IMG/VR virus record: IMGVR_UViG_3300007619_000129
Location: 1-64,000 of that record
Direction: 5' to 3' (one strand)
Source of the DNA: a virus
Length of the DNA: 64,000 nt
This document shows, one piece after another, positions 18,149-28,800 of the stretch (within the stretch, counting starts at the first letter, position 1; every line of letters begins with the position of its first letter). The position numbers were made by a program, and so were the translations under genes. The notes beneath the pieces were generated by a model. The model was not told where the DNA came from, ran no database searches, and saw nothing but the letters and a program-made list of their open reading frames with translations.

Positions 18149-19390
18149 TTATAATGTCTTATTTCTTTTATTAAATTGAATTATTTTACATAACACCTCT
18201 TTTAGTAAATAAGGCTCAATTTCTTGCCTAGTTTTATATTTTCTACCATCAATTTCTATTAAGATAATGTTGTTTTGTTTACAATAATTCCTCAACCATT
18301 GATCTCGTTGTTGTTGCTTCTTAAATGTACCTTTTTCCTTGTGAAAAAAGTAGTGTTCTTTATAATGTTGTTCTCCATTATATTCAACAAATATTTTAAT
18401 TTTTTTGTTTAATGTAATTTTAAAATCAATAAACAAATATTTTCTAATTCGTTCACCATCTTTACTAAAAGCTGAACACTTAAGAAAATAATGTGGACTT
18501 ATTTTTAAGTTGTTTGATAAAACATTTTTTAATATTATTTTTTTTATTATTTTTTCTTTTTTGTTTGAACCTTTAGAGCACTCTGGACAAGAGTTTCCAT
18601 AAACCCTATTATTTATAGAAGAATTCCATTCATGATTTTTTGTACATATCCACCAAACCTTTTTACCAGAACATTTTGGATAGTATTCAGGTCCTTTATT
18701 GTTCTTTACATAATTCCATTCTTTACACAATTTTGGATTAATTGTTTTTAAGTCATTAAATCCTTTTAATACTTTAAATCCCGAACAATAAGGACATCTA
18801 CTACCAGACGAAATATGACTTATACTAGTTTTCCACTCATGACCTTCTTTACATTTCCACCAAACTTTTTTATTAGAGAAAACAGAGTAAAATTCTGGTC
18901 CATATTTATTTTTTTCATAATTCCATTCTTCACAAAGTTCAGGATAAATTGTTTTTAGATCTGTTTTCCCAATAATCGGATATCTTCCCCGACAATAGGG
19001 ACAACCAACTTTTTTTATTGTCCTATCTGATACTCTTGCATCCCATTCATGATACTTTTTACATTTCCATCCAACTTTCTTGTTAGAACCTGCCGAATAA
19101 CATTCAGGTCCTTTTTTATTTTTATCACAATTCCACTCTTCACAAAGTTCAGAGTGAGTTGTTTTTAAGTCATTATATCCTTCTAAAACTTTCTTTCCCG
19201 AACAAAAAGGACAATTTCTTCCATTAATTCTTTTGTTTATACTCGCTTTCCACTCATGTTTATACTTGTAACATTTCCACCAAACCTTTTTGCTTGATCC
19301 GTGAGAAAAGTCTTTAGGGTTACCACCTATTGCGTAGTGCCACTCATTAATTAAACACTCTTTCCATCTGGGGTGATCTGTTAAATTCAC
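18149..19390 (-). CDS. Zn-finger repeat (4 repeats) nuclease, paralog 3
   Basis: Four repeats plus the same VEYNGEQHY nuclease domain. Confidence 0.85.
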   Translation of the reverse strand: MNLTDHPRWKECLINEWHYAIGGNPKDFSHGSSKKVWWKCYKYKHEWKASINKRINGRNCPFCSGKKVLEGYNDLKTTHSELCEEWNCDKNKKGPECYSAGSNKKVGWKCKKYHEWDARVSDRTIKKVGCPYCRGRYPIIGKTDLKTIYPELCEEWNYEKNKYGPEFYSVFSNKKVWWKCKEGHEWKTSISHISSGSRCPYCSGFKVLKGFNDLKTINPKLCKEWNYVKNNKGPEYYPKCSGKKVWWICTKNHEWNSSINNRVYGNSCPECSKGSNKKEKIIKKIILKNVLSNNLKISPHYFLKCSAFSKDGERIRKYLFIDFKITLNKKIKIFVEYNGEQHYKEHYFFHKEKGTFKKQQQRDQWLRNYCKQNNIILIEIDGRKYKTRQEIEPYLLKEVLCKIIQFNKRNKTL

Positions 19391-19419
19391 AAGTAAAATT
19401 TTATCACACTTTTTATTCT

Positions 19420-22335
19420 TTAAACATTTCCTGTTGAAACGTCTGTATTATCATCAGAAACTATTTTACTTAAAATGCTATTTGCACCGGCAATTTTATC
19501 ACTTAATGCCCTATAGGTCGGGTATGCGTCAGCAGGAGTAAATGAAATACTTGTATTAAATTCTCCAGCTCTAAATCTGTGAGTTAATTTTGTAACATTA
19601 TAAATGTTGTCAAACGTTGTGTAAGTTTGAAAATCAACAAAATAACTTTGCATAAACTCAATAATTGGACAACCAAAAATTTCCATATCCATTTGTGCAG
19701 GATGAACCCATAGCGGAATTCCTCCCTGCCCTGCACCCGATGGTGTTAGTGGCGAAGCATCCCCAGAACGTAACATATTAACAGTACCAAGTCTTGGATC
19801 ATGCATAGTTTTTAACCCAGCCTCATTTACGGCGGTTCCATTAGAAGAAAAAATTATACTTGGCATTGTATTTGAAATAAATTCTTTAACTTTTCTTGGA
19901 CCACCAACAAGTCTATATGAAGATCCAGATCCATCTACAAAATCAGCCTCAATAAGCCCCATGCTTTTAGCTTGTTGAATTATTTTTTTAGCTACCTCTT
20001 CATGATCAGACGTATTTCCCTCTCCCTCTTTTACATTACTTCTTGTTATTGACCCTATGTCTTCGTCTCTAAGTGCTCTTAGTAAATCACCTAATGAAGA
20101 AAACGGAGTAGCAACACGATCAAAAAAGTGAATTCTTAATATTGATCTATGATCATTTGAATTTTTAGAACCCTCAAGCGTTTCAGATGGAACACATTCA
20201 AAATAAACATCTAAATGAGCCATTTTAAATGTTCCGTTTGGAACACCGGACTCTCTTATTCTTTCTTCATATTCGTCTCTTAAGTCTGTTTTTTTCTGCC
20301 CTTTAGATTTTCTTATTAGTGACCTTGGTTCTTTACTTCCTGTTTTTTTATTTTTTTCATAGGTATAAAATCTTCTCATTCCATAATCAAGAGAAGCAGG
20401 ATCATCAAAAAAATTATTTGTCATAAATTGAACAAAGTCTCTAATGGACAAATCAATAGTTCTTTTACTATCTCTAATCTTTGCAAACTTTCTTTCGAAT
20501 CTTGATATTTCTATTGAAAAACTAGAAATATTTAAGTGCCTTGCAAAACCAGCACCATCATTAAACGGATAAAACAATAATTGTACTTCATCAAACTTTT
20601 TTGATGCTGCTAATGGTTGTCCAATAAAAAGAGTGGCTAACTTTCCAAAGGAAACATAATCACTTTTTCTAAAGTTATTTGCAAGATCAAATTCTTCTAC
20701 CCTATCTTCAAGTCCGTGAATCCAAGGATCCGGGGTCCTTTGACCTTCAGGAACTGTTTTTCCATCTGTAACCAACTTCATTCTTTCCTGAAACTCTTCA
20801 GCTATTGTCTTTAATAGCCCTGAAGCTAACCCGTCCTTTCCGTCCTTCCCATATAGATCCTGTAACATTCTCTTTAGTTCTCTAGCGTCATCTCCTGGAA
20901 CATTCTCAAGGGAAGAAAGGTTTTTTCTCAATTCCTTCCTTAGGTCTCTAGATAATGACAGATTGCTTGATATATCACTTGCTGCACTTAAAATTTGAGT
21001 TCCTCTCAATTCTTTTACAAAAGTTGATTGTTTATTGTATAACCTACTTTTTAATTCAGATATCCTTTTTTGTAAATTTACAACCTGTTGTTGGGTCTTT
21101 CCAACTTGTCCTCCATCATTTATTGTTGTGTTATATGAATCAAGGGCTCCCTTCATATATAACTCAAGTTCTATTTCTACCTGTCCATCATTTGTTATTC
21201 TTGCCTTGTGGTTCCTTATACTATATTTTTCTTTCTTTCGCATGGAATTCAAAAATTTCCCATAAGGACTTTGCAAATCGGGATGAGACCAGCCATATTC
21301 AATAAGCATTTCAATATTATGAAACCCTGTCATGTCTGGCTTAATAAATTCTGCAATTTCAGACAATCTTGATCTGTCATGTAATATAATCTTCATTGTA
21401 GCTGTTTTATAGCTCATAACACCCGTTGTTGGCACGACTTGAACCTCAAACTCTTCAATTGACATAAATGGCCTGAATTTATCAATAACAGGAGAAACTC
21501 TTGAAAGTTCACTATTGTCCGGGTCAGCATTCACTAGTGTTTGTGGAGAGGTAAACAATTCCATTCCCGAAAATCCAGTAGCCCCCCCGACTATAACGTT
21601 TCCCTGTTCATCTTTATCTGACCTAGCTTCAATGTTAGTTGGTTGAGCTGTATGAATAGAATTGTTTACACTATTATTTTCAAGATTATTAGCACCATCA
21701 AGAAACTTTATTAAACTCATTGTAAGTGGTCTTCCCGATATGTCAGTTGGTGGTCTTATAATTTGAAACTGAACATTCAAATAAGGAACACACCTGCTAA
21801 GCTCTATCGTTGGAACTGAATTTAAAAATATAGTTGCAGCACCAGTGTTTCTACTGGCAGGATTTACCCTAATTGTATTAATGTTATAAACCGCTAAAGA
21901 TGGACTGTCTCTAGACGGCAAATTGGGTGAATTATTTATTTCATCTCCCCTTGAACCAAGTATTTGTTTTATGGTTGGCAAATTAGGAAAAAAGAAATTT
22001 TCTTGATAAATAATAGGAATTCTATTCAAAAATTCTTTTCTCTCTTCAGCAACAACTTCCTCTCCAAACAACAATGTTATTTCGTCTATAATCTCTCTTG
22101 TAAATTTTCCGCCAGTTTGAGCATCAACAATTTTTTGTCCAATTATATTAAGAGAATTAGTGTCATCAACAATTAAGGAAATATTATTTTCTATTATTTT
22201 AGATTGACCACTGCCAATGTCTTGTTCGGGCAATCCAGCTAAAGCCAAATCCGCCCCAACAACATCTCTTAATGAATATAAGGCAAAATATCTTGAAAGC
22301 TCCTCAACAGCATTCTTTAGTTGGGGAGACGGCAT
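19420..22335 (-). CDS. Putative baseplate hub protein (GpD/gp27-like)
   Basis: Follows the LysM/tail-X gene; IEYGWS motif; C-terminal IFGCP...DNIYNVTKLTHRF...FNTSISF. Confidence 0.55.
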   Translation of the reverse strand: MPSPQLKNAVEELSRYFALYSLRDVVGADLALAGLPEQDIGSGQSKIIENNISLIVDDTNSLNIIGQKIVDAQTGGKFTREIIDEITLLFGEEVVAEERKEFLNRIPIIYQENFFFPNLPTIKQILGSRGDEINNSPNLPSRDSPSLAVYNINTIRVNPASRNTGAATIFLNSVPTIELSRCVPYLNVQFQIIRPPTDISGRPLTMSLIKFLDGANNLENNSVNNSIHTAQPTNIEARSDKDEQGNVIVGGATGFSGMELFTSPQTLVNADPDNSELSRVSPVIDKFRPFMSIEEFEVQVVPTTGVMSYKTATMKIILHDRSRLSEIAEFIKPDMTGFHNIEMLIEYGWSHPDLQSPYGKFLNSMRKKEKYSIRNHKARITNDGQVEIELELYMKGALDSYNTTINDGGQVGKTQQQVVNLQKRISELKSRLYNKQSTFVKELRGTQILSAASDISSNLSLSRDLRKELRKNLSSLENVPGDDARELKRMLQDLYGKDGKDGLASGLLKTIAEEFQERMKLVTDGKTVPEGQRTPDPWIHGLEDRVEEFDLANNFRKSDYVSFGKLATLFIGQPLAASKKFDEVQLLFYPFNDGAGFARHLNISSFSIEISRFERKFAKIRDSKRTIDLSIRDFVQFMTNNFFDDPASLDYGMRRFYTYEKNKKTGSKEPRSLIRKSKGQKKTDLRDEYEERIRESGVPNGTFKMAHLDVYFECVPSETLEGSKNSNDHRSILRIHFFDRVATPFSSLGDLLRALRDEDIGSITRSNVKEGEGNTSDHEEVAKKIIQQAKSMGLIEADFVDGSGSSYRLVGGPRKVKEFISNTMPSIIFSSNGTAVNEAGLKTMHDPRLGTVNMLRSGDASPLTPSGAGQGGIPLWVHPAQMDMEIFGCPIIEFMQSYFVDFQTYTTFDNIYNVTKLTHRFRAGEFNTSISFTPADAYPTYRALSDKIAGANSILSKIVSDDNTDVSTGNV

Positions 22336-22628
22336 TATCCAACAGCCTCCTCAACATCTTCAAGTATAGGGATTTTTATTTCGGTACCAGGGGGAACCTG
22401 TAAAGACCAACCAATTTTACTAGCAGCAGCTATTATCCAATAATAATCAGAACGACCATATTCTTTACCAGCAATACTATCAAGCCTTTCTCCACCCCTT
22501 AATTTCCTAGTTTCTTTTAACCTAATTCGTCCATCTTCAACACCTTCTCTAACAATTCGAGTTGAATTTGTTGTTCCCAACATTTTCCCAGCACGCAAAA
22601 TTGGTGCTCTTCCATATCTTCTTGCCAT
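22335..22628 (-). CDS. Baseplate LysM / tail-X (gp53-like) protein
   Basis: GERLDSIAGKEYG...YWIIAAAS...VPPGTEIKIP. Confidence 0.85.
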   Translation of the reverse strand: MARRYGRAPILRAGKMLGTTNSTRIVREGVEDGRIRLKETRKLRGGERLDSIAGKEYGRSDYYWIIAAASKIGWSLQVPPGTEIKIPILEDVEEAVG

Positions 22629-22633
22629 TTATT

Positions 22634-25576
22634 TTATACTCCCTTACCTATACTTGTAGAAGCTTTAGCGTGATCAAATTCAAACTTCTCTGATCCATCA
22701 AAATCATAAGCATCACCCGAAATCAATTTTGATACTTGACCAACAGGATAAATAGGTGCCCTATTAAATCCTTCATTATCAAGTCCAGGAGAAATATCGT
22801 GTATAACACTAAATGTTAAATTAACTTGTATTATTTTTGGAGCCCTAGAACCATGTTCTGTTGTCTCCCATACAGAAGCATTCATTTCGGGAAACGATAA
22901 AGTATTTATCACACCAGCGAGACCTCTTCCTCTTGTTGAATTAAATGATTTTACTATTGAATTTTCACTATCTGACATAAATTCAGAGATTATGTCTAAT
23001 CTATCATCCAATGAATCAATTTCTTCATCTGGAATTCCACCACGAACAGCTGTAGCTAAAGACTTTAGATCGGGATACAAGTCCTGATGAGTAACTAACC
23101 AATTACCCTGCTGTTCGTCTCCTCCGGGATTTATTACCTCAACGGTATAATATGTTATCGGCTTACCACCATAATTTACTAAAAGTCCCCTATCATCTGA
23201 AGGGCTTTTTACAATCCTTACTCTTGTTGCTGCTGTTATTCTTAATCTTCTTGATTCTAAATTCCCAATCCTTCCATTAGAAATTCTTCCAATTATTCCA
23301 CGAGCAATAATTCCAGCCTTACCGGAAGCAAATGTTGCTTCAACATACCCCTTGTGTATTTTGGGCATCAACATAGCAACATCCCCAGAACGATATCCAG
23401 ATCTTCCGGTATGTCCTGAGGGTTCGTTTGAAGGATCAGTAGACATTCTAATTTTTTCTGCTTCAATTTTTTTCTTAAGATCTTGTAATTCACTCAAGTC
23501 ATCTTCAATTATTGCAATATCATTTTTGTCTGTTCCAAAACCAAATATTCTTGCAAGATTAAATTTAGAATAATTTGACTTAATAACATCACCGATTCTT
23601 ATCCTTATCAAAGGAGAGGCTTTTGGTATTTGTGAAAATGGCTGTATGAATTTTTTATTTCCCTCAACATTTCTTGACAAAACCTGTTGACCCTGAGACC
23701 ATTGAGGATACATATAAGAAGATAAGTGATTTATCTTCCACCACATTTCGTCAAAGTCTTCTTTATTTGTTGCTACTGCCTTAAAACCAACAGTTAATGT
23801 CCTAACAGTATTCTTATAGATTTGTATTGGGTCGACCCTTCCATAAGGTTCAGAAGAATTATAATTTGCCGAATAATTGTCGTCCAATGCAGTTAAAAAG
23901 GCGGGAAAAGAAACTATTTCATTAGTCCTAAGATCATGAAAATAAAACGGAACATATTCAGCGTCCAATTCGTCTTCTAGCTTTTGTACAACTAATGGAT
24001 CAATTCTATTATTTTTTATCTCGTCACTATTAGATGCGCGACCATTTAATCCAGCAATAGCTCCTAACGCTTTTGCGTCAGTTATACCATTCATCATTTT
24101 ATCTAATTTTTGAATCGTTGATGGAAATAAGTATTTTGATGGTGGTCCAGAATTTTGCCAAGATAATTTCATATCACCACGCCTACTTTTCATAACTCTT
24201 GTTGCTGCATTATCAACAAGCTTGTCAATAGTGGAGATCTCTTTATCACCAGATTCAAATCCCTGCGATTCAACCTCTAATGCTTTATCACCTATTTGAG
24301 CCATTACATTAAGAAAAGAAATAACTTTTGACCCCTTAAGGGTGTCCACTATACCAACTACTGATTGAGCAATCTCTAATGGGTTTCTATTCCTAAAACT
24401 AAATGCATCCTTTACGTCATTTACGATAAGGTTTCCACCTCTGATTATTGATCTAATTATCGTAACATAATATCCAGGAGATTGAAAATCAAACCTTAAA
24501 AAAATGTCAATTCCCTTATCAACAGCAGATAAAAAGTCCCTTTCTGTTGGCTGTATTCCTATACTCTTTAGTGTAAAAGGTCCATTTAGATCTGGTCTTC
24601 CAAACTCCCCCAAAATAAATGGTCCTCTTGGGGGAATTGAATTTTTTTCACTGTTTGGACTAACAACTAAACTTAATAAAGAAACTAATGAAGCAGCAAC
24701 AATTCTAAGAGAAACAATTAGAATTCCACTCAACGCAAGCATGCTTAAGGGAGCAAACCCATCAAAAGGTTCTGCATAATTGTTCAATTGCCCCCATGAT
24801 CCCATTCCCTTATTTTCTTTTAGATCTCCTTCTAGTCTTGATTTGCTAGGGGCTCCAAAAGCATTTTCAGCATACATATCTTGTGAAGATAATTTTGTTG
24901 CTCCCAATTGTGCTTCTCCCGGAATAAGAGAGCCAACACCTGATACAAAGTCATCTGGATCTCCTTCAAGAAAATTTCCAACAGCTTTTATTGCCATAGA
25001 TTTGGAAACTTTGGACAATTGTTCAAATGTTATATCTTTTCCTTTAGGGTTATAAACACCAAGTTGGTTTTGCTCAACTGCAACCACGTCAGGTGCTTCC
25101 CCTTCAGAAACATAGGGACTTTCACCTGATGGGTTAAATCTATTATTTGTCAAAACAGAAGATACTGCTCTTTGAATCTTTCCCTTGGGAAGGGGGGCAG
25201 TATTTGAGCCGTTTTTATTTGTATTTCCTGAAATCTTTCGTAAAGTATCGTGACCATCCTTACCTTTTTCAACAAAATCCGAAACTGAAGGCTTGAAAAC
25301 TAACCCACTATCAGAAATACCATTTAAGTGGTGGTCATTAGGAGCAAATGATTCTTTGGCTCCATTTTGTGGTTGTGAGAACGTATCTAATGTTGATTTT
25401 TTTGACCCTTCTTTGAGAACAAATCTATTATTTCCTTCTTTCGTTAAACAACTAAGATAATCCCCAATAGTTTTTTTAGTTGTTTCATGAAAATCATCTC
25501 CTTCTCTAAGAAGACCTTCAGGTCCACTACCCTCAAGAACAGCATCAACGCCGTTTATGTCAATATCTCTAGCCAC
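22634..25576 (-). CDS. Baseplate/tube-initiator-like structural protein
   Basis: SFPAFLTALDDNY...YGRVDPIQIYKNTVRTL...PLIRIRIGD domain; located between tape measure and LysM genes. Confidence 0.55.
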   Translation of the reverse strand: MARDIDINGVDAVLEGSGPEGLLREGDDFHETTKKTIGDYLSCLTKEGNNRFVLKEGSKKSTLDTFSQPQNGAKESFAPNDHHLNGISDSGLVFKPSVSDFVEKGKDGHDTLRKISGNTNKNGSNTAPLPKGKIQRAVSSVLTNNRFNPSGESPYVSEGEAPDVVAVEQNQLGVYNPKGKDITFEQLSKVSKSMAIKAVGNFLEGDPDDFVSGVGSLIPGEAQLGATKLSSQDMYAENAFGAPSKSRLEGDLKENKGMGSWGQLNNYAEPFDGFAPLSMLALSGILIVSLRIVAASLVSLLSLVVSPNSEKNSIPPRGPFILGEFGRPDLNGPFTLKSIGIQPTERDFLSAVDKGIDIFLRFDFQSPGYYVTIIRSIIRGGNLIVNDVKDAFSFRNRNPLEIAQSVVGIVDTLKGSKVISFLNVMAQIGDKALEVESQGFESGDKEISTIDKLVDNAATRVMKSRRGDMKLSWQNSGPPSKYLFPSTIQKLDKMMNGITDAKALGAIAGLNGRASNSDEIKNNRIDPLVVQKLEDELDAEYVPFYFHDLRTNEIVSFPAFLTALDDNYSANYNSSEPYGRVDPIQIYKNTVRTLTVGFKAVATNKEDFDEMWWKINHLSSYMYPQWSQGQQVLSRNVEGNKKFIQPFSQIPKASPLIRIRIGDVIKSNYSKFNLARIFGFGTDKNDIAIIEDDLSELQDLKKKIEAEKIRMSTDPSNEPSGHTGRSGYRSGDVAMLMPKIHKGYVEATFASGKAGIIARGIIGRISNGRIGNLESRRLRITAATRVRIVKSPSDDRGLLVNYGGKPITYYTVEVINPGGDEQQGNWLVTHQDLYPDLKSLATAVRGGIPDEEIDSLDDRLDIISEFMSDSENSIVKSFNSTRGRGLAGVINTLSFPEMNASVWETTEHGSRAPKIIQVNLTFSVIHDISPGLDNEGFNRAPIYPVGQVSKLISGDAYDFDGSEKFEFDHAKASTSIGKGV

Positions 25577-25805
25577 CTCTCTTAATAAAATCTCCTAATG
25601 TCTTTTTTGAATATATTTTTTTCAATTCTTCTGAAACTCTGGCATTGCCAAGTGCAGTTGATAATGGATTTAATAATCCACTTTCTAAAGTTTCCATAAA
25701 TCTTTTCATTTGCTCTTCTACTACTTCTCTTTCTTTTTCTGATAATCCCTCTATTATTTCTTTATATTTGTTATCATTAAGTAGTTGTCTGTATAAATCT
25801 GTCAT
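25569..25805 (-). CDS. Hypothetical protein
   Basis: 78-aa ORF translationally coupled within the tail module. Confidence 0.65.
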   Translation of the reverse strand: MTDLYRQLLNDNKYKEIIEGLSEKEREVVEEQMKRFMETLESGLLNPLSTALGNARVSEELKKIYSKKTLGDFIKRGG

Positions 25806-28800
25806 TTTTGCATCCTTGGCCCAGCAGCAACTCTACCAGTCTCTAAAGTAGCATCAGCTACCTTTTTTGCATCCATTGAAACATTAATATGAAAATGTTG
25901 ATGAATTTGACCCTGTTTTATTGTAAACTCTTCAGTAGCACCCATCCCAAGCGCTTTTCCCAATTCTCTAAGCTTAACAGAAGCATTTAGCGCCTTTAAA
26001 TTGCTCAATTGTTCTGAAACTTCATTGGCTATAGTCACCATATTCGTAATTCCTTTCACAACTGGAGCCTCTAGTGCAGATGCGTCACCAGCAAACACTG
26101 ATACCTGTTGAGCAATACTATTAATCGTTGCCTCTACATCTCCTATTCTTTTTACTACTTTTTCTTTATTAAATTTTGCTCCCTCAATCGTTTTCATTGA
26201 ATTGGAAATATCAGCAACCCTTTTTGCCTTATCGGACAATCCAGACCCTTCAGATCCAAACTCTTTCCCTTTTGCTACAGGTTTCTTTCCTAATGATTCT
26301 AAATTCTTTTTCTTTTCTTCTTCTCTTGCAATATTTTTAAGCTCACTATTAACGTCCATTAAAACAGTTCCGCGCTTCCTAAGCTCTTCATTTATTCTTT
26401 CTTCAATTTTTATACGATCTTCAGCACTTGCCTTTCCACCACGACCAAGCTTGATTCCTTCTCTCTCTACAATCTGTCTGCTTAATTCGGCTTTAAGCTG
26501 GTCTTGTTTGAATCGGACTGCTTGTAAGGCTATTTTTCTATCCTTTAAAGATAAATCAATGTTTGTATTAAGAACACTTTGAATTCCACTCAATGCATCC
26601 TTTTCTTTACTTCTTAATGCATTAGACAATTCTTGATTTTTTACAATTGATGCTTGTTTTGAAATAAAATCAGGCATTCCAGCTTGCATTTTAGAAATGG
26701 CATCATTTACATTTTTTCTTAAATTTTCTGTTTGTCCAGTAATCCACCCAACCAACTTATCAATTTGCTTATCAAGCCCAGTTGCTTCAAGTAACCAAGA
26801 GGTTCCAAAATAAGCCGCCAACCCAACACCAATAGCCGATGCTATCGTAGCACCAAGAGTTCCCAAAATAGCTGTTAGTCCCCTAAATAATAATGACCCT
26901 ATTGATTTACCTGCCATAAGAAATTTTCCACCAGTCTTTTTTGCTATACCAGAAAATGAATCAGTTATTTTCTTAGCCATAGAAGAGTTTGTTATCTTTT
27001 TAAGAATCCCATCATTCATATTCTCTCCAACGACTTCTCCAATTTTTGATCCTGTTTTAGACTTTAAGACATGAGACCCTATTCCCAAAGCAACTTTTGA
27101 CATCATGTGTATTCCTGAAGCTATGACAGCTTTTATAATAGATGGACCAAATAATATTAAAGATATTATTTGTCCCACTTCATCAAAAGCAAGAAATTTC
27201 ATTCCCTTCTTTATCAAGCCCCATATACCCTGATTGTCTGTTATCTCATTCCATTTTTTTATTGCGAACTTCTTAACCTTATTCCACAATATACCGAACA
27301 AAGTTTGTGTAGCATCAACAAGAGCACCCCAAGATTTTCCCAAAGCTTCTTTAATTGCATCAATAAGTTTTCCAACCATTGTTTTTGAACCATCTTTTGC
27401 CTCTCCAAAAATTTTCATAAAAGCATCTGTAAATGGTGCTGGATCTAATACAACTTTTGTTATTTTTTTTATCCAGAAAGTGAATTGATCCATTATTAGT
27501 CGTAATCCCTGTAACGCGATACTTCCGATCGCCTTAAATATCCTTTTAAATCCAGAAACTATCTTTCCTGCTGGAGTTGTTTCCTTTCCTATTAACATTT
27601 TGAATGATTTTCGTAAGTTTTCAAAGAACCTACCTAAAGCATTTGAAGCCAATTTTGGATCTCCAAGATCTGAAAATAGTTGTCTAAAGTCATTTACAAA
27701 TTCTTGAAAAGGACCAATATTCATAAAGTCCCTTGAACCTTTCATGGTTGCAAAGAATTCTTTAAGTCCCTCTAAAGCAGTAGCAACACCAGGGAATAAT
27801 TTTGCAAAAGCACGACCAACTCTTCGACCAGCCCTTTCGGCAGCCCATAAAGATCTTTTAATGTTTCTAATCATCTTCCAAAAGTCTCTAGTCCAAAAAA
27901 GACCTTTTCTAAATCCCATCATGAATCTTTGAAAAAACCCACCTTGTCTATTTCCTTGCTTTACTAATCTCTCAATTGAATTAGTCAAACCTTTCAAAGC
28001 TTCAGCTTGACTTAATTGTGATTTTTCAGCATCCGCAGAAGCATTCTGCACTTCTTGATAACTTAATGCTTGATTTTTGGCTGCAAATGTAGCTTCAAGA
28101 GAAGCTCCCTCTAATCCAGTAGTTTGTGCTAATAAATTTCTTTCTTGCCTTGTCATTCCTTCAATGCTTTTTCCAGCATCAAAAAATGACTTACGTAACA
28201 TGTCAATTCTTTCTCCAGGATCTTGAGCTTTCATCATTTCAAAAGCATCAATATTGAGTCCAAATGATTGAGCTAATTTTGCAGCACTTTCAGCTGCATC
28301 TTCAAAATTATCAAACTTATCAACAATGCCAAGAAGCTCTTTGAAATCTGCACCTAATTTTCTCGCAAAAACCGATAATGATGCCATTTGTTTGGTTCCA
28401 ACACTTCCAAACGTTTTAAAATCTAAAACCATTTCCGATATGTCTCTAGCGATCACTTTTTGATCAATTCCAAACCTCTTTCCCATTTGAAGAGATTGGT
28501 TTGCAACCATTCTTTGTGAATCAGCTAATGTTGTAAAATGTTTATTGGCAAATATAGCCATGGCGCCCATTGCCTCATTTGTCATTCCCAACCCCTTTTG
28601 GAATTGCAAAACAGCTTCAGCATTTCTATAAATTTCACCACTAAATTGGTGAGCCACTGCCCCCATGTCCGTCATTAACTCTCTAACTAAATTTAGTCTT
28701 TCATATAAAAGACCAAAAACCCTATACGATCTAAGTCCAGTACCTTCAAGAGACCCCCTCAATTGTCGTGAAGCCCCAATTACATCCTTTGATACACCTG

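Noticed and set aside
14445-19390. CRISPR array or diversity-generating retroelement as the explanation for the repeats
   Set aside because: The repeats are in-frame ~207-210-bp coding units without spacers, differences are not confined to adenines, and there is no reverse transcriptase or cas gene in the window
11240-19390. Eukaryotic giant virus origin suggested by the HNH and Zn-repeat nucleases
   Set aside because: T4-type capsid, portal, terminase, sheath and tube genes plus SD sequences show a tailed prokaryotic virus
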